56,306 nt of DNA from Myxococcota bacterium (GCA_040752415.1 JBFMGU010000032.1:1-56306); one strand, 5' to 3'; counted from the first letter of the stretch, positions 1 through 10,490 are shown. Made by a program: numbers and translations. Notes: generated from the letters alone by a model not told the origin.

Positions 1-347
1 TGCCGGTACCGCGTGAACGGTGAAGGTGGCCGGCAATGGTCAGCCCCGGGCCCAGTGGTTCGTGACGACGGGAATTGGCCTGCAACGTCGGCCCAGCGGC
101 TCATGACGCCGGAAACCGGCTCGCAATTGGGGCTTCCGAGCTGCGTCGACCGGTGAAGACGTTGTGCGGTGGCAGCGGTTCGTCAGTCGGATCGAGCGAC
201 ACAACCGAGGGCCCCAAGTGTCGCCCATGAACCGGCCGGGCCGGTTGCATCGCGGGCCGTTTCCGTCGTCATGACAGCGCGGCCCGGGGCTGACCATTGC
301 CGGCCACCTCCACCGTTCACGCGGTACCGGCAACGGGCAGCCCCTAC
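1..347. repeat. Long inverted repeat (REPIN/MITE-like), left arm truncated by the window edge
   Basis: 1-52 is the reverse complement of 281-332 with one mismatch. The right arm continues to ...gcagcccctac (347), a GTAG-headed end on the minus strand. The sub-motif tttccgtcgtcatgacagcgcgg recurs at ~260 and ~407. Confidence 0.85.
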
Positions 348-458
348 ATTGCTGACCGCTTCCCCCGTGGCTTCGACAGCGTGAACGGGGGCACGCGTGG
401 ACCGGTTTTCCGTCGTCATGACAGCGCGGTCCGAGGCGCACGGAGACGTTCGTTGCGG

Positions 459-2036
459 TCACTCCGTCGGGGTGCGGAACAGGCCGCGCAGGTCCTCGCT
501 GATGGAGATGCACTCGCGGTCCCCTGTCAGCTCCATGCCGGAGAATCCGCAGCTCGCGCCGTTGCGGCTGCCCAGCGCAATCACCCGCCACTGGTACAGC
601 TTGCCCGGCTCCAGCACGGGGGCCTGCGCCGGTTGCGTGGTACCCGCGCCCGCCGTCCCGTAGGTGACGGAAGGCGGTGAGGTCGTGTCACAGCCGTTGG
701 CGTCGTCGGGACAGACCGTGGTGGCCCAGACGCGGCGACCGGCCGAGTCGAACACCGCCACCTGGTAGTTCTTGGACGACGAGTACTCCTCCCACTGGAA
801 CGCGGGCGTCAGCGTGGTCACCTCCTGGACGTCGTCACCCGCGCCCGGTCCCACCAGCTCCACCGCGCCGGTCACCTTGAACGCGGGCACCGAGAGCGTG
901 CGGCTCCCGCCGTCACCCGGCACGGGCTGCTCGTGGATGAACAACGCACCGCCGATGTTCGACGGGTCGTAGACGCACGGCGACGGGTCGTTCTCGTACG
1001 CCGCGAGCACCTCGTAGGTCCCGTCGGGCACGCCGCTGATGCTCCAGTCCCCGCTGATGCTGGGCTCCCCCGTCGACGGAGCGCGCAGCCCGCGCGGCAC
1101 CTCGCCGCGAATCACCGAGACCGCGGTCAGCGGAAACGTGATGCCCGGCTGCAACGTCTCGCGCGGGACGAGCACCACGCTGGTCCCGCCGGTGCAGCCG
1201 CCCGCCACCGGGTTCACCGAGCCGCTGACGGTGGCCACCGCCGTGTCATTCTTGCTGAGCTGCACGCCCGTCACCGTCTCCCCCGGCGTCACCACGACGT
1301 TGCTCGCCGGCGTCAGGTTCTCCCCCACCACGTAGCCGCGCACCACGTAGGTCCCCGCGGGAACGTTGTTGATCGTGAACGCGCCGCCGGCGTCGGTGAG
1401 CGCGGTGAGCGCGGTGGGGGTGCGGTTGGCGTCGGAGGCGGTGACCAGGATGCCGCCGTTGAAGGTCGCCCCGACCACCGTGCCCTGGATGCGACCCAAC
1501 CCCGTGGCGTCCTCCAGCGGCGTCAGCTCCACGCGGGTGAGGTCGCTGGCGTAGACGTATTTCCCGTCGGAGAGCGAGGCCTCGGAGAGCTCCAGCGGCA
1601 GCGCGGGACGCAGCGGGGACGGGAACGTCTCATGGCCCTGCGCCGTGGCGCGCAACGTCACCTTGTCCTGCTGCGGCTCCCCGTTGTGGTCGCGCGCCAC
1701 GAGCAGCTTGAGCTCGTATTGGCCCAGCGAGTCGGTGGTGACCGGGCCCGCGCGCGGCGTGCCGTCCTCGTCGAGAGCCACCACGTCGGCGCCCGGGATG
1801 GCGCTTTCGTCCACCTCGTTCACCACGGTGCCGCGCACCACCACCGGCGGGAAGCATCCCGTCTCGCTGGTGCCGTAGATGTTCTCGCAGATGGAGCCGT
1901 CTTCGCAGGTGGTCCCCGCGGTGCACGACGGCTTTTCCTCCTCCTCCTTCTCCTCCTGCGGCCCACAGCCCGGAGCGCAACCCGCCGCCGCCAATCCCGT
2001 CGCCATCACCGCCCACAGCCAAGAACTTCTCGTCAT
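459..2036 (-). CDS. Lipoprotein with carboxypeptidase-regulatory-like (Ig/beta-sandwich) repeats
   Basis: ATG at 2036 with GGAG upstream. Lipobox-like LAAAGC, a Cys-rich N-terminal module, then repeated 'GxVxG...TDxxGxY/F' beta-sandwich signatures. Confidence 0.75.
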   Translation of the reverse strand: MTRSSWLWAVMATGLAAAGCAPGCGPQEEKEEEEKPSCTAGTTCEDGSICENIYGTSETGCFPPVVVRGTVVNEVDESAIPGADVVALDEDGTPRAGPVTTDSLGQYELKLLVARDHNGEPQQDKVTLRATAQGHETFPSPLRPALPLELSEASLSDGKYVYASDLTRVELTPLEDATGLGRIQGTVVGATFNGGILVTASDANRTPTALTALTDAGGAFTINNVPAGTYVVRGYVVGENLTPASNVVVTPGETVTGVQLSKNDTAVATVSGSVNPVAGGCTGGTSVVLVPRETLQPGITFPLTAVSVIRGEVPRGLRAPSTGEPSISGDWSISGVPDGTYEVLAAYENDPSPCVYDPSNIGGALFIHEQPVPGDGGSRTLSVPAFKVTGAVELVGPGAGDDVQEVTTLTPAFQWEEYSSSKNYQVAVFDSAGRRVWATTVCPDDANGCDTTSPPSVTYGTAGAGTTQPAQAPVLEPGKLYQWRVIALGSRNGASCGFSGMELTGDRECISISEDLRGLFRTPTE

Positions 2037-2323
2037 GGAAGCATCTCCATTCCCCGTTGAGCATGACTTCCATTCCACCTCCCGACCGGACCCATCAAGC
2101 TTTGGAGTGCTCCCACCCGCAGGTTGCCGGATGAACAGTGCCCACCGTCTGTCAGCCCGACGTCGTCGTGGATGAACCTGCGGTGGCCCCTGGGTGGTTT
2201 GAACTCAAGACGAGCGCAGCCAAAGCAGCGTGGGAGCGCGCCCCGACCATCCCGACTCCCGGGGCGGCGCGGCGCGCTGGCCCTTCCGCCGTCACGACGA
2301 TAACGATCCGTCCCGGAGGTCCG

Positions 2324-3352
2324 ATGCGAAACGCGGTGACGATGTTGGCGGTGCTGGTGTTGGCGGCGTGCGGAAACCGGCCCGGCGCAGGAGGCGATAC
2401 CAGCGCGGACGCAGGGCCGACGCGGGATGCATCCGTCTCCGACGCAGGCGCCGCCGACGCGAGCACCTCCCCCGACGCCGGCACGGGTGGCACCCTCACC
2501 TGCGCCTTCGAGCGCTCCAACGCCACCGGCCGACTCTGCGCCTTCCAACCCAGCACCATCGACAGCCGCGTCTCCGACGAGTTCGGCTGGCACGCGGTGG
2601 GCATCCCGACGACGGTGACCGCGCAGACCCGCATCTACGTGCACCTGGTGGGCTCCGGCGGCCAGCCCGTCAATCCCGCCAACGGCAACGTCCCCAACCT
2701 CACGCTCATCCAGGAGGCGGTCGAGCGCGGTTTTCTCGTGGTGATGCCGGCCTATGACAACGAGCCCGCGGTGGGCGGCCTGTGCGGCCAGGACCTCGAC
2801 TGCTTCGAGCCGGTGCGTCGGGAGATCCTCTACGGGGAGGCCGCCGCCGGCGAGTACGCGGACCTCAAGGACGTGCAGGTGCCCAACGACATCCGCTCCC
2901 GCACCTCCATGCTCCTGCGCGCGCTCAAGGACGGTGGCTTCCTCGGCGCCACGCCTCCCGCCGCGCTGGCCGGTGACGACGTGGATGTGGCCCAGCTCTG
3001 GCTCGGCGGTCACTCGCAGGGTGGCGGGCACGTGGCGTTGTGGGCCCGGGACCACCTGGTGGCGCGCGTGTGCATGCTGAGCGCACCGGTGGATGCGGCC
3101 ACCCAGCCCAGCCTGCAGCCGGCGCCGTGGGTCGGCGGGAGCTGGGTCACCCCGCTGGGCGCGCGTCGCGCCGTGGTGCATGAGGATGACCCGGTGTTTG
3201 ACCGCGTGAACGCCAACCTCGACGCCATGGGCCTGGTGGAGGACACCCACTGGCGACGCCTCACCGAGGCCACCAACGACCCCCACGCCGAGACCGCCAA
3301 GGGGACGGCCGCCGCCTCGTCCAGCGCGCGGGTCTGGGCCTGCTGGGAGTGA
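2324..3352 (+). CDS. Lipoprotein alpha/beta-hydrolase (BPSS1187-like)
   Basis: GGAGG before ATG 2324, lipobox VLAAC, DAG linker, nucleophile elbow GHSQGGG, downstream HEDD and NDPH candidate acid/His residues. Confidence 0.75.
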   Translation: MRNAVTMLAVLVLAACGNRPGAGGDTSADAGPTRDASVSDAGAADASTSPDAGTGGTLTCAFERSNATGRLCAFQPSTIDSRVSDEFGWHAVGIPTTVTAQTRIYVHLVGSGGQPVNPANGNVPNLTLIQEAVERGFLVVMPAYDNEPAVGGLCGQDLDCFEPVRREILYGEAAAGEYADLKDVQVPNDIRSRTSMLLRALKDGGFLGATPPAALAGDDVDVAQLWLGGHSQGGGHVALWARDHLVARVCMLSAPVDAATQPSLQPAPWVGGSWVTPLGARRAVVHEDDPVFDRVNANLDAMGLVEDTHWRRLTEATNDPHAETAKGTAAASSSARVWACWE

Positions 3353-3451
3353 CCGGGCATCCGTCATCCGCGCTCCGCCCGTTTTCCTAGAACGCGTGCC
3401 TGAGCGACGACCGCCCGCCCCGCGCGAAAACGTCCTGTGACAGGGACGCCC

Positions 3452-3811
3452 ATGCAGACCTCCTCGCGCTCCAACGGCAACACCTCCGGCGGACTCGCCT
3501 TTGGCGACGGGTTCGGCCAACAGCGCGGCTACGCGGTGGACGTGGACAAGCCGGCGCGCCCCAAGGTGCAGCAGGGTGGAACCGGGCCCCGCCCCCACGC
3601 CGCTCCCGCGCGCCGCTCCCTGGCCGCGCCCAGCCCCTTCGTGGATGGCTTCGAGCGCAAGGGCCCGCCGCCCATGACCCCGCGCCCCGTCGAGGCCTCG
3701 CCCCCGGGCGCGCTCTCGTCGTTGAGCAACCAGTTCATGAAGCGGTTCTTCAACACGCTCCGTCGCGCCAATCCCGGCGCCGCGCAGGCCGACAACCTCC
3801 AGGCCGCCTGA
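3452..3811 (+). CDS. Small Pro/Gly-rich hypothetical protein
   Basis: ORF with GC3-rich codon usage filling the gap between two + strand genes; contains FVDGFE; no recognisable domain. Confidence 0.55.
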   Translation: MQTSSRSNGNTSGGLAFGDGFGQQRGYAVDVDKPARPKVQQGGTGPRPHAAPARRSLAAPSPFVDGFERKGPPPMTPRPVEASPPGALSSLSNQFMKRFFNTLRRANPGAAQADNLQAA

Positions 3812-3870
3812 GGGCTGACGACTGCGCAAGGCTCTGGTAGGACGCCTCCTCCCTTGCGACGGAGGCAGAT

Positions 3871-5436
3871 GTGATCACGCTCAAGAGCTACGTCAGCGGC
3901 CAGTGGGTTGCCGGCAAGTCCAACCCCGCCACGCTCGTCAACGCCACCACCGAAGCGCCCGTGGCCGAGGCCTCCACCGACGGCGTGGACTTCGCCGCGG
4001 CGCTGCGTTTCGGTCGGGACAAGGGTGGGCCGGCGCTGCGCGCCATGACGTTTGCCCAGCGCGGCGCCCTGCTCAAGAAGCTCTCCGACGTGGTGGCCGC
4101 CCACCGCGACGAGCTGATGAACCTGGGCATCGAGAACGCCGGGAACACGCGCTCCGACGCCAAGTTCGACGTGGACGGCGCCACCTTCACCCTCGCCGCG
4201 TACGCGGAGCTGTGCACCGGCCTGGGTGAGGCGCGCTTCCTCGTCGACGGGGACCCGGTGGCCATTGGCCGTTCCTCCCGCCTGAGCGGCCAGCACGTCA
4301 TGCTCCCGCGCCACGGCGTGGCGGTGCACATCAACGCGTTCAACTTCCCGGCGTGGGGCATGGCGGAGAAGGCCGCGGTTTCCCTCGCCGCGGGCATGCC
4401 CTTCATTGCCAAGCCCGCCACCGCCACCGCGCTCCTGGCCTGGCGCATGTTCGAGCTGTGGGTGGAGTCCGGGGCGCTCCCCGAGGGCGCCGCGCAGTTC
4501 CTGGCCGGCGGCGTGGGCGACCTGTTCGATCACCTGGGCCCGCAGGACGTGGTGGCCTTCACCGGATCCAGCCACACCGCGGTGAAGCTCAAGAGCCACC
4601 CGCGTGTCCTCGAGAAAGGCGTGGCGTTCAACGTGGAGGCCGACAGCCTCAACGTCGCCATCTGCGGCCCCGACCTCAGCCGCGGCACCCCCGCCTATGA
4701 CCTGTTCCTCGGTGACGTCGTCAAGGAGATGACGCAGAAGGCCGGACAGAAGTGCACCGCCATCCGCCGCATCTTCGTCCCCGCGGAGCTCCTCGAGTCC
4801 GTGCGTGAGGACCTCGTCGAGCGGCTGGGGAACCAGAAGGTTGGCGCGCCCACCGCCGAGGGTGTGGTGGTGGGACCGCTCTCCACCGCGCAGCAGAAGA
4901 AGGACGTGCTGGCCGGCATGCGCAAGCTGATGAACGTGGCCAAGGTGCTGGTGGGCGGCCCCGACGGCGTCAAGCTGGTGGGCGCCGACGAGAAGAAGGG
5001 CTTCTTTGTGATGCCCACGCTGCTGGAGGCCCCGGACGCCGACGCGGCGCGCGAGGTGCATGAGCTGGAGGTGTTTGGCCCGGTGGCCACCCTGATGAGC
5101 TACCGCGACGCCGCGCACGTCACCGCGCTGGCCGCGCGCGGCGAGGGTGGCCTGGTGGCCAGCGTGTACACCGACGACAAGAAGTTCGCCTCCGAGGTGT
5201 TCTTTGGCCTGGCGCCGCACCACGGCCGCGTGTGCCTGGGCAGCGAGAAGATGGCCGGCGCCGCGGTGCCGCCGGGCACGGTGATTCCCACGCTCTTGCA
5301 CGGTGGCCCGGGCCGCGCCGGCGGTGGCGAGGAGCTGGGTGGCCTGCGCGGCATGCGGCTGTACATGCAGCGCACCGCCGTCCAGGGATTTGGGCCGCTG
5401 CTGGAGAGCCTGGCCGCGGGCGGCAAGAAGGTCTGA
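3871..5436 (+). CDS. Aldehyde dehydrogenase, 3,4-dehydroadipyl-CoA semialdehyde dehydrogenase / PaaZ N-terminal (ALDH_MaoC-N) type
   Basis: [15 protein letters not shown], catalytic Glu in VEADSLN, catalytic Cys in [34 protein letters not shown]. 521 aa with no C-terminal MaoC domain. GGAGG RBS. Confidence 0.88.
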   Translation: MITLKSYVSGQWVAGKSNPATLVNATTEAPVAEASTDGVDFAAALRFGRDKGGPALRAMTFAQRGALLKKLSDVVAAHRDELMNLGIENAGNTRSDAKFDVDGATFTLAAYAELCTGLGEARFLVDGDPVAIGRSSRLSGQHVMLPRHGVAVHINAFNFPAWGMAEKAAVSLAAGMPFIAKPATATALLAWRMFELWVESGALPEGAAQFLAGGVGDLFDHLGPQDVVAFTGSSHTAVKLKSHPRVLEKGVAFNVEADSLNVAICGPDLSRGTPAYDLFLGDVVKEMTQKAGQKCTAIRRIFVPAELLESVREDLVERLGNQKVGAPTAEGVVVGPLSTAQQKKDVLAGMRKLMNVAKVLVGGPDGVKLVGADEKKGFFVMPTLLEAPDADAAREVHELEVFGPVATLMSYRDAAHVTALAARGEGGLVASVYTDDKKFASEVFFGLAPHHGRVCLGSEKMAGAAVPPGTVIPTLLHGGPGRAGGGEELGGLRGMRLYMQRTAVQGFGPLLESLAAGGKKV

Positions 5437-5515
5437 GACCCCACGCGCGGGGAAGAGGCCCGCGTGGTTGCGGGTTGTTGTCCCCGGTCTCGTCGGAAGG
5501 GCCCGGAGCGCCACC

Positions 5516-6319
5516 ATGAAACGTCGCAAGGTGCTGGCGGAGGACGCGGACAAGTACGCGCTCTACCAGGTGTCGGTGCAGAACCCGGAAGCCAGCGTCC
5601 ATCACCTCTCGCGTTTCTACCGTGACGCCTACGGTGGTTCGCCGCGCGTGCTGCGGGAGGACTTCTGCGGCGGCGCCGCGGTGTCATGCGCGTGGGTGGA
5701 GAGCCAGAAGGAGCGCGAGGCCTGGGGCGTGGACATCGACGACGAGCCCATCATGTGGGGGCTCATCAACAACGTGCTCCCCATGGAGCGCCACCACAAC
5801 GCGCGCATCCGCCTGGTCCACGCCGACGCACGCACCGCCCGCACCCCGCCCGCCGACGTGGTGGCCGCGCAGAACTACTCCTGGTTCATCTTCCGCACCC
5901 GCGCGGACCTGCTCACCTACTTCCGCTCCGCCCACCGCAACCTGGATTCCAAGGGACTGCTGGTGCTGGACATGATGGGCGGCGGCGCGCTGCAGACCGA
6001 GAGCTGCGTGGAGTCACGTCGGGTGGGGCGGTTCACGTACGTGTGGGACCAGCTGGCGTTCAATCCCCGCACCCACGAGGCCATCTTCCACATCCACTTC
6101 CGTTTTCCCGACGGAAGCATGATGCGACGCGCCTTCGAGTACCCCTGGCGCATCTGGACCATGCCGGAGGTGCACGAGCTGCTCGACGAGGCGGGCTTCC
6201 GCAAGACCCACGTCTACTGGGGCGTGCGCGACTCCCGCTCCGGTGACCTGGTCTACCGGCAGCTCAAGGTCCCCACGCCGGATCCGTCGTGGCTGGCGTA
6301 CGTGGTGGCGGTCAAATAG
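5516..6319 (+). CDS. Class I SAM-dependent methyltransferase
   Basis: ATG 5516; DKYALYQVSVQ, motif I-like LREDFCGGA, GVDID, DVVAAQNYS, GLLVLD. The 3' end overlaps the convergent ATPase stop by 8 bp. Confidence 0.8.
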   Translation: MKRRKVLAEDADKYALYQVSVQNPEASVHHLSRFYRDAYGGSPRVLREDFCGGAAVSCAWVESQKEREAWGVDIDDEPIMWGLINNVLPMERHHNARIRLVHADARTARTPPADVVAAQNYSWFIFRTRADLLTYFRSAHRNLDSKGLLVLDMMGGGALQTESCVESRRVGRFTYVWDQLAFNPRTHEAIFHIHFRFPDGSMMRRAFEYPWRIWTMPEVHELLDEAGFRKTHVYWGVRDSRSGDLVYRQLKVPTPDPSWLAYVVAVK

Positions 6320-8996
6320 CGGGGCCGCGGTAACGCAACAGGCGCAGCGCGTTGGCCACCACCAGCAGCGTGCTGCCCTCGTGCAACACCACCGCGTGCG
6401 AGATGCGCACCCAGCCGAACACCGACGCCAACACCAGCACCGCGCTCACCCCGAGCGAGATGACCAGGTTCTGTCGGATCACCGTGGTGGCGTGACGCGC
6501 CAGGCCCACCGCAAAAGGCAGGCGCCGCAGGTCATCGCCCATCAGCACCACGTCGGCGGTCTCCAGCGCCACGTCGGAACCGGCGCCGCCCATGGCCACT
6601 CCCACGCTTGCCGCGGCCAGCGCGGGCGCGTCGTTGACGCCGTCACCCACCATGGCCACGCCGCCGTGCGCCGCCAGGTCCTTCAGCGCGTCCACCTTGC
6701 CTTCCGGCAGCAGCGGCGCGCGGGGCTCGTCGATGCCCAGCTGCGCGCCCACCGCGCGCGCCACGCGGATGTTGTCGCCGGAGAGCATCACGGTCTTCTT
6801 GATGCCCAGCTTGTGCAACGTGGCCAGCGCCTCCCTGGCCTCCGCGCGGATGGTGTCCGCCACGCCAATGACGCCCAGGAAGCGGTTGCCGCGCTTCACC
6901 AGCATCGTGGTCTGACCGGCTTCCTGCAGGCGCACCACCTCGTCGAGGAGGGGCTGGGGAACGGTGTCGCCCTCAAACAGCTCCACGCTGCCAATGCCCA
7001 CGTCCTCACCGCCCACCTTCGAGCGGATGCCCTTGCCGTGCACCGCCTCGCACCCGTCGGCATCCTCGGGCGTGATGTTCCGCTCCCGCGCCGCGTTCGT
7101 CACCGCCTTGGCAATGGGATGGGAGGACAGGGACTCCGCGCCCGCGGCGGTGGCCAGCAGCAGTTTCTCGTCGACACCCTCGGTGGGGTGCACGGTCATG
7201 ACGCGCGGGATGCCGCTGGTGAGCGTGCCGGTCTTGTCGAACGCCACGGCGTGCACCTTGCCCAGCGACTCCAGGTGCGCTCCGCCCTTCATGAGGATCC
7301 CGCGCTGCGCGGCGCGCGCCACCGCGGAGAGCACCGCCGACGGCGTGGAGATGGCCAACGCACACGGCGAGGCGGCCACCAACAACGACACCGCGCGCAG
7401 GAGTGACTCCTTGAGGTCGTGCCCCATCGCCAGGAGCACCGCGCCCAACGCCGGCGCCGCGACGAGAACCACCGGGACGAACGTGCGCTCGACCTTCTGC
7501 GTGAAGCGCTGCGTGGGACTCTTCTGCGCCTCGGCCTCCGCCACCAGGTCGATGATGCGCGCCAGCGTGGACTCGCTGGAGAGGCGCGTGACCTTCACCT
7601 CGATGGCGGCGTCGACGTTGATGGTGCCAGCGAACACCTCGTCACCGACCGTCTTGGGCACGGGGATGGATTCACCGGTGATGGTGGCCTGGTCCAGGGT
7701 GCTGCGCCCCTCGACGATGCGGCCATCCAACGCCACGCGGTCGCCGGCGCGGATGACCAGGATGTCGCCGCGCACCACGGTGTGGACGGCCACCTCCACA
7801 ACTTGCTCGCCTCGTCGGACGCGCGCGTTGTCCGGCCGCAGCTTGCCCAGCGCTTCCACGGCCCGACGGGCGCGCTCCATGGCGCGGTGCTCCAGCGAGT
7901 GGCCCACGCTGAAGAGGAAGAGCAAGAAGCCACCTTCGAACCACGCGCCCAGCAGGCCCGCGCCCACCGCGGCCAGCACCATCAGCGTCTCGATGTCGAA
8001 GATGAGCTGGCGGATGGAGTTGAGCGCGGCCTTGGCGGGGAAGAAGCCCGCGGCCACCGTGGCGACGACGTACAGCACGGTGGAGACCATGGGTGGCGCC
8101 TGCCCCCAGCCCTCCAACGCGTAACCCACGGCGAGACACAGGCCGCTGAGCACGCCGAGCGGCAGCACCAGCTTGGGAGCCAGACCACCGCCGTGCGCGT
8201 GATGGGAGCACGCGTGCCCGTGGGTCACGTCCTCCAGCTGGAAACCCAGGCCCTTCACCTTCTCGTGGATCAGGTCCTCGTTCACCGTCTCGCGGTCGAA
8301 TTCCACGACGAGACGCTCGGCCGCGTACGCGATGTTGGCGCTGAGGATGCCGGGCTGGCGGCTGAGCACGTGCTCAATGGAGTAGCCGCACTGCGCGCAG
8401 TCCATCCCGCGCACGAACCAGGTCTTGTGCTTGTAGCGTCGGGCCACCGCGGCAGCGGTCTTGCGGACCTGGACAACGAAATCGTCGAAGTCCTTGGGCG
8501 CGCTCTTGAGGTGCAGGCACACCTCGGCGAAGCCCTGGTCCCGTCGGAGGTGGACCTCCTCGACGTCACCGCGCTCCATCAGCGCCGTGCGCAGCTTCTG
8601 GAAGCGACCCACGTCGTCGGTTTCACCCGGCAGCAGCGCGCGCAGCTCCACCTGGCAGGCCGGACCGCCGGTCTCCGCGTTGCGTCGCGTGGGGGGACGC
8701 GCCGGGGTGTCGTCGTGATCATGGTCGTGGTGATCATGGTCATGGTGCGCGTGGTCGTCGTGGTCGTGCTTGCAGTCCGGACCGTGGACGTGGCCGTGAG
8801 CATGGTCGTGATCGTGGTCGTGGTTGCAGTCCGGACCGTGGACGTGGCCGTGATCATGGTCGTGATCGTGGTTGCAGCCGGGCCCGTGCACGTGGGGCTT
8901 GCTCGGTTGGCGCAACAGCATCCCGCCGCGTCGTGGGGCAGCGGTGCCGATCACCTTGAGCGTGGGCTTGTCGTCTTTCGTGTCCTCGTCGGCCAT
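6312..8996 (-). CDS. Heavy-metal P1B-4-type ATPase (CzcP-like) with His-rich N-terminus and a CxxC HMA domain
   Basis: TGES, DKTGT, GDGVND; transmembrane SPC (VAASPCALAISTP) and HEGST are P1B-4 signatures; GMDCAQC HMA motif; N-terminal His/Asp repeats. Confidence 0.93.
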   Translation of the reverse strand: MADEDTKDDKPTLKVIGTAAPRRGGMLLRQPSKPHVHGPGCNHDHDHDHGHVHGPDCNHDHDHDHAHGHVHGPDCKHDHDDHAHHDHDHHDHDHDDTPARPPTRRNAETGGPACQVELRALLPGETDDVGRFQKLRTALMERGDVEEVHLRRDQGFAEVCLHLKSAPKDFDDFVVQVRKTAAAVARRYKHKTWFVRGMDCAQCGYSIEHVLSRQPGILSANIAYAAERLVVEFDRETVNEDLIHEKVKGLGFQLEDVTHGHACSHHAHGGGLAPKLVLPLGVLSGLCLAVGYALEGWGQAPPMVSTVLYVVATVAAGFFPAKAALNSIRQLIFDIETLMVLAAVGAGLLGAWFEGGFLLFLFSVGHSLEHRAMERARRAVEALGKLRPDNARVRRGEQVVEVAVHTVVRGDILVIRAGDRVALDGRIVEGRSTLDQATITGESIPVPKTVGDEVFAGTINVDAAIEVKVTRLSSESTLARIIDLVAEAEAQKSPTQRFTQKVERTFVPVVLVAAPALGAVLLAMGHDLKESLLRAVSLLVAASPCALAISTPSAVLSAVARAAQRGILMKGGAHLESLGKVHAVAFDKTGTLTSGIPRVMTVHPTEGVDEKLLLATAAGAESLSSHPIAKAVTNAARERNITPEDADGCEAVHGKGIRSKVGGEDVGIGSVELFEGDTVPQPLLDEVVRLQEAGQTTMLVKRGNRFLGVIGVADTIRAEAREALATLHKLGIKKTVMLSGDNIRVARAVGAQLGIDEPRAPLLPEGKVDALKDLAAHGGVAMVGDGVNDAPALAAASVGVAMGGAGSDVALETADVVLMGDDLRRLPFAVGLARHATTVIRQNLVISLGVSAVLVLASVFGWVRISHAVVLHEGSTLLVVANALRLLRYRGPAI
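8709..8894 (-). repeat. Coding tandem repeat: 3x HVHGPxC(N/K)HDH plus a poly-(HD) tract
   Basis: Translation reads HVHGPGCNHDHDHDHG-HVHGPDCNHDHDHDHAHG-HVHGPDCKHDHDDHAHHDHDHHDHDHDD. Confidence 0.9.
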
Positions 8997-9011
8997 GGTG
9001 GCCGGAGGTTT

Positions 9012-9911
9012 TCACTTCCCGGCGGCCTTTTCCAGCGTCGAGACCACCTCTTCCATGTGGTCCACGTAGCTCTGGTCGGGCTTGGGCAGCCCCGGCAACA
9101 CCGTCAGCTTCCCGCCCGCCTTCTCCGCCACCACCTGCGCCGTGGCGGAAGGGAACCATCCCTCGATCAGGAACAGCTTCACCTTGCGCGCGCGGGACAG
9201 CGAGATGAGCTGCACCACGTGCACCGGCGTGGGCGGAACTCCCGGCCGAGGCTCCACGTAGCCCACCATGTCCAACTGCAGCCAACGCGCCAGGTAGTTG
9301 AGACTCCGGTGATAGGTCACCACGCCCATGCCCTTGAGACCGGCGAGGCGCGTCTCCCACTGCTTGGCCTTCTCCTCGACGAGCTTCGCAAACGCCTCGG
9401 CGCGCGCGGTGAACTGTTCGGCCTTCTCGGGTGCCAGGTTGATGAAACGCTGCGCCAGACCCCGGGCCACGCGCGCCGCGTTGTAGGGGTCCTTGAGATA
9501 GTGCGGGTTGCCGCGCGGATGGATGTCGCCCTGCGAGCGGTCCACTGGCGTCGTGGGGACGTCCATGGGCTGGATGAACTGCGACGCGTCAATGTAGCCG
9601 GGCGCGCCCATCAGGATGCTGTTGTTGCGCGCGCCGGTCAGCAGCACGGGGAGCCAGCCCACTTCCAGGTCCAACCCCACCAGCACCAAGGCGTCGGCGC
9701 GGCTCATCGGGACCAGCAGGCTGGGGCGCGCGTCCACGAAGTGGGGATCCTGGAACGACGAGGCCAGCGTGGTGACCTTGCCGTCCTTCCCCAACACCTC
9801 GCGCGCAATGCTCGCCACGTCCTCGGTGGTGGCCACCACGTCCAGCGCGTGCGCCCCCGACGGAAGCAGCAACGCGAGGAACAACCCCAGGGCCTTCAGG
9901 AGATGGAACAT
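9012..9911 (-). CDS. znuA: Zn/Mn ABC transporter substrate-binding protein (cluster A-I)
   Basis: Signal peptide ending AHA; VVATT, QDPHFVD, GLDLEVGWL, GDIHPRGNPHY, YHRSLNY, EPRPGVPPT. Confidence 0.88.
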   Translation of the reverse strand: MFHLLKALGLFLALLLPSGAHALDVVATTEDVASIAREVLGKDGKVTTLASSFQDPHFVDARPSLLVPMSRADALVLVGLDLEVGWLPVLLTGARNNSILMGAPGYIDASQFIQPMDVPTTPVDRSQGDIHPRGNPHYLKDPYNAARVARGLAQRFINLAPEKAEQFTARAEAFAKLVEEKAKQWETRLAGLKGMGVVTYHRSLNYLARWLQLDMVGYVEPRPGVPPTPVHVVQLISLSRARKVKLFLIEGWFPSATAQVVAEKAGGKLTVLPGLPKPDQSYVDHMEEVVSTLEKAAGK

Positions 9912-9914
9912 CGC

Positions 9915-10490
9915 TCACTCCTCCTCGGAGGAATCCACCGCCACGACGGAGATGGAGGTGTTCGAGGTCGGGCCCACGCGCAGCGTGTACTCGCCGGCGC
10001 TGAGCTCGAAGACGTAGAGGTGGCCCACCTTGCGCGGGTCGCTGCCGCAGCCGGCGGGCAGTTGGTCGCGGGGAATACTCGCGGTAGGTGCGTGGGCACT
10101 GCCCATGTGAAGCACCTCCAACGTCACGCCTTCCTGCTCCACCGCGATCCAGAGCTGCGCGTCCGCTCCCGCCGGCGCCCAGGAGAACGAGAGGTAACCG
10201 CCCTGCGCGCCCTGGAAGGGGACCAGGTTGATGGTGGTGCGACCGTGCTCGACGGAGAGCACCGTGTCCGTGCCCGCGTCGCCGCCCAGGGCCGCGACGT
10301 CGGCCACCGCGGTGACCGTGGGAAGGTCCGGGCCCTCGTTCATGTGCTCGCAGCCGTCCACCACGTAGTCCACGTATGGACTCTCGACGCCCGCATCACC
10401 GTCGCTATTCGAGCCGGCGTCGGTGGTGGTGCCCGTCTGGGTGCAGGCCAGGGCGAGGGACGTGAGGAACACGGGGAACAAGCGCTTCAT
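9915..10490 (-). CDS. Uncharacterised lipoprotein with GCEHM motif
   Basis: MKR + hydrophobic + LALAC lipobox; start overlaps the upstream stop (ATGA); stop 3 bp before znuA start; candidate metal ligands CEH, H, C. Confidence 0.8.
   Translation of the reverse strand: MKRLFPVFLTSLALACTQTGTTTDAGSNSDGDAGVESPYVDYVVDGCEHMNEGPDLPTVTAVADVAALGGDAGTDTVLSVEHGRTTINLVPFQGAQGGYLSFSWAPAGADAQLWIAVEQEGVTLEVLHMGSAHAPTASIPRDQLPAGCGSDPRKVGHLYVFELSAGEYTLRVGPTSNTSISVVAVDSSEEE

Noticed and set aside
5440..5480. Intrinsic terminator after the ALDH gene
   Set aside because: Only a short ccacgcg/cgcgtgg stem with a long loop and no proper U-tract.
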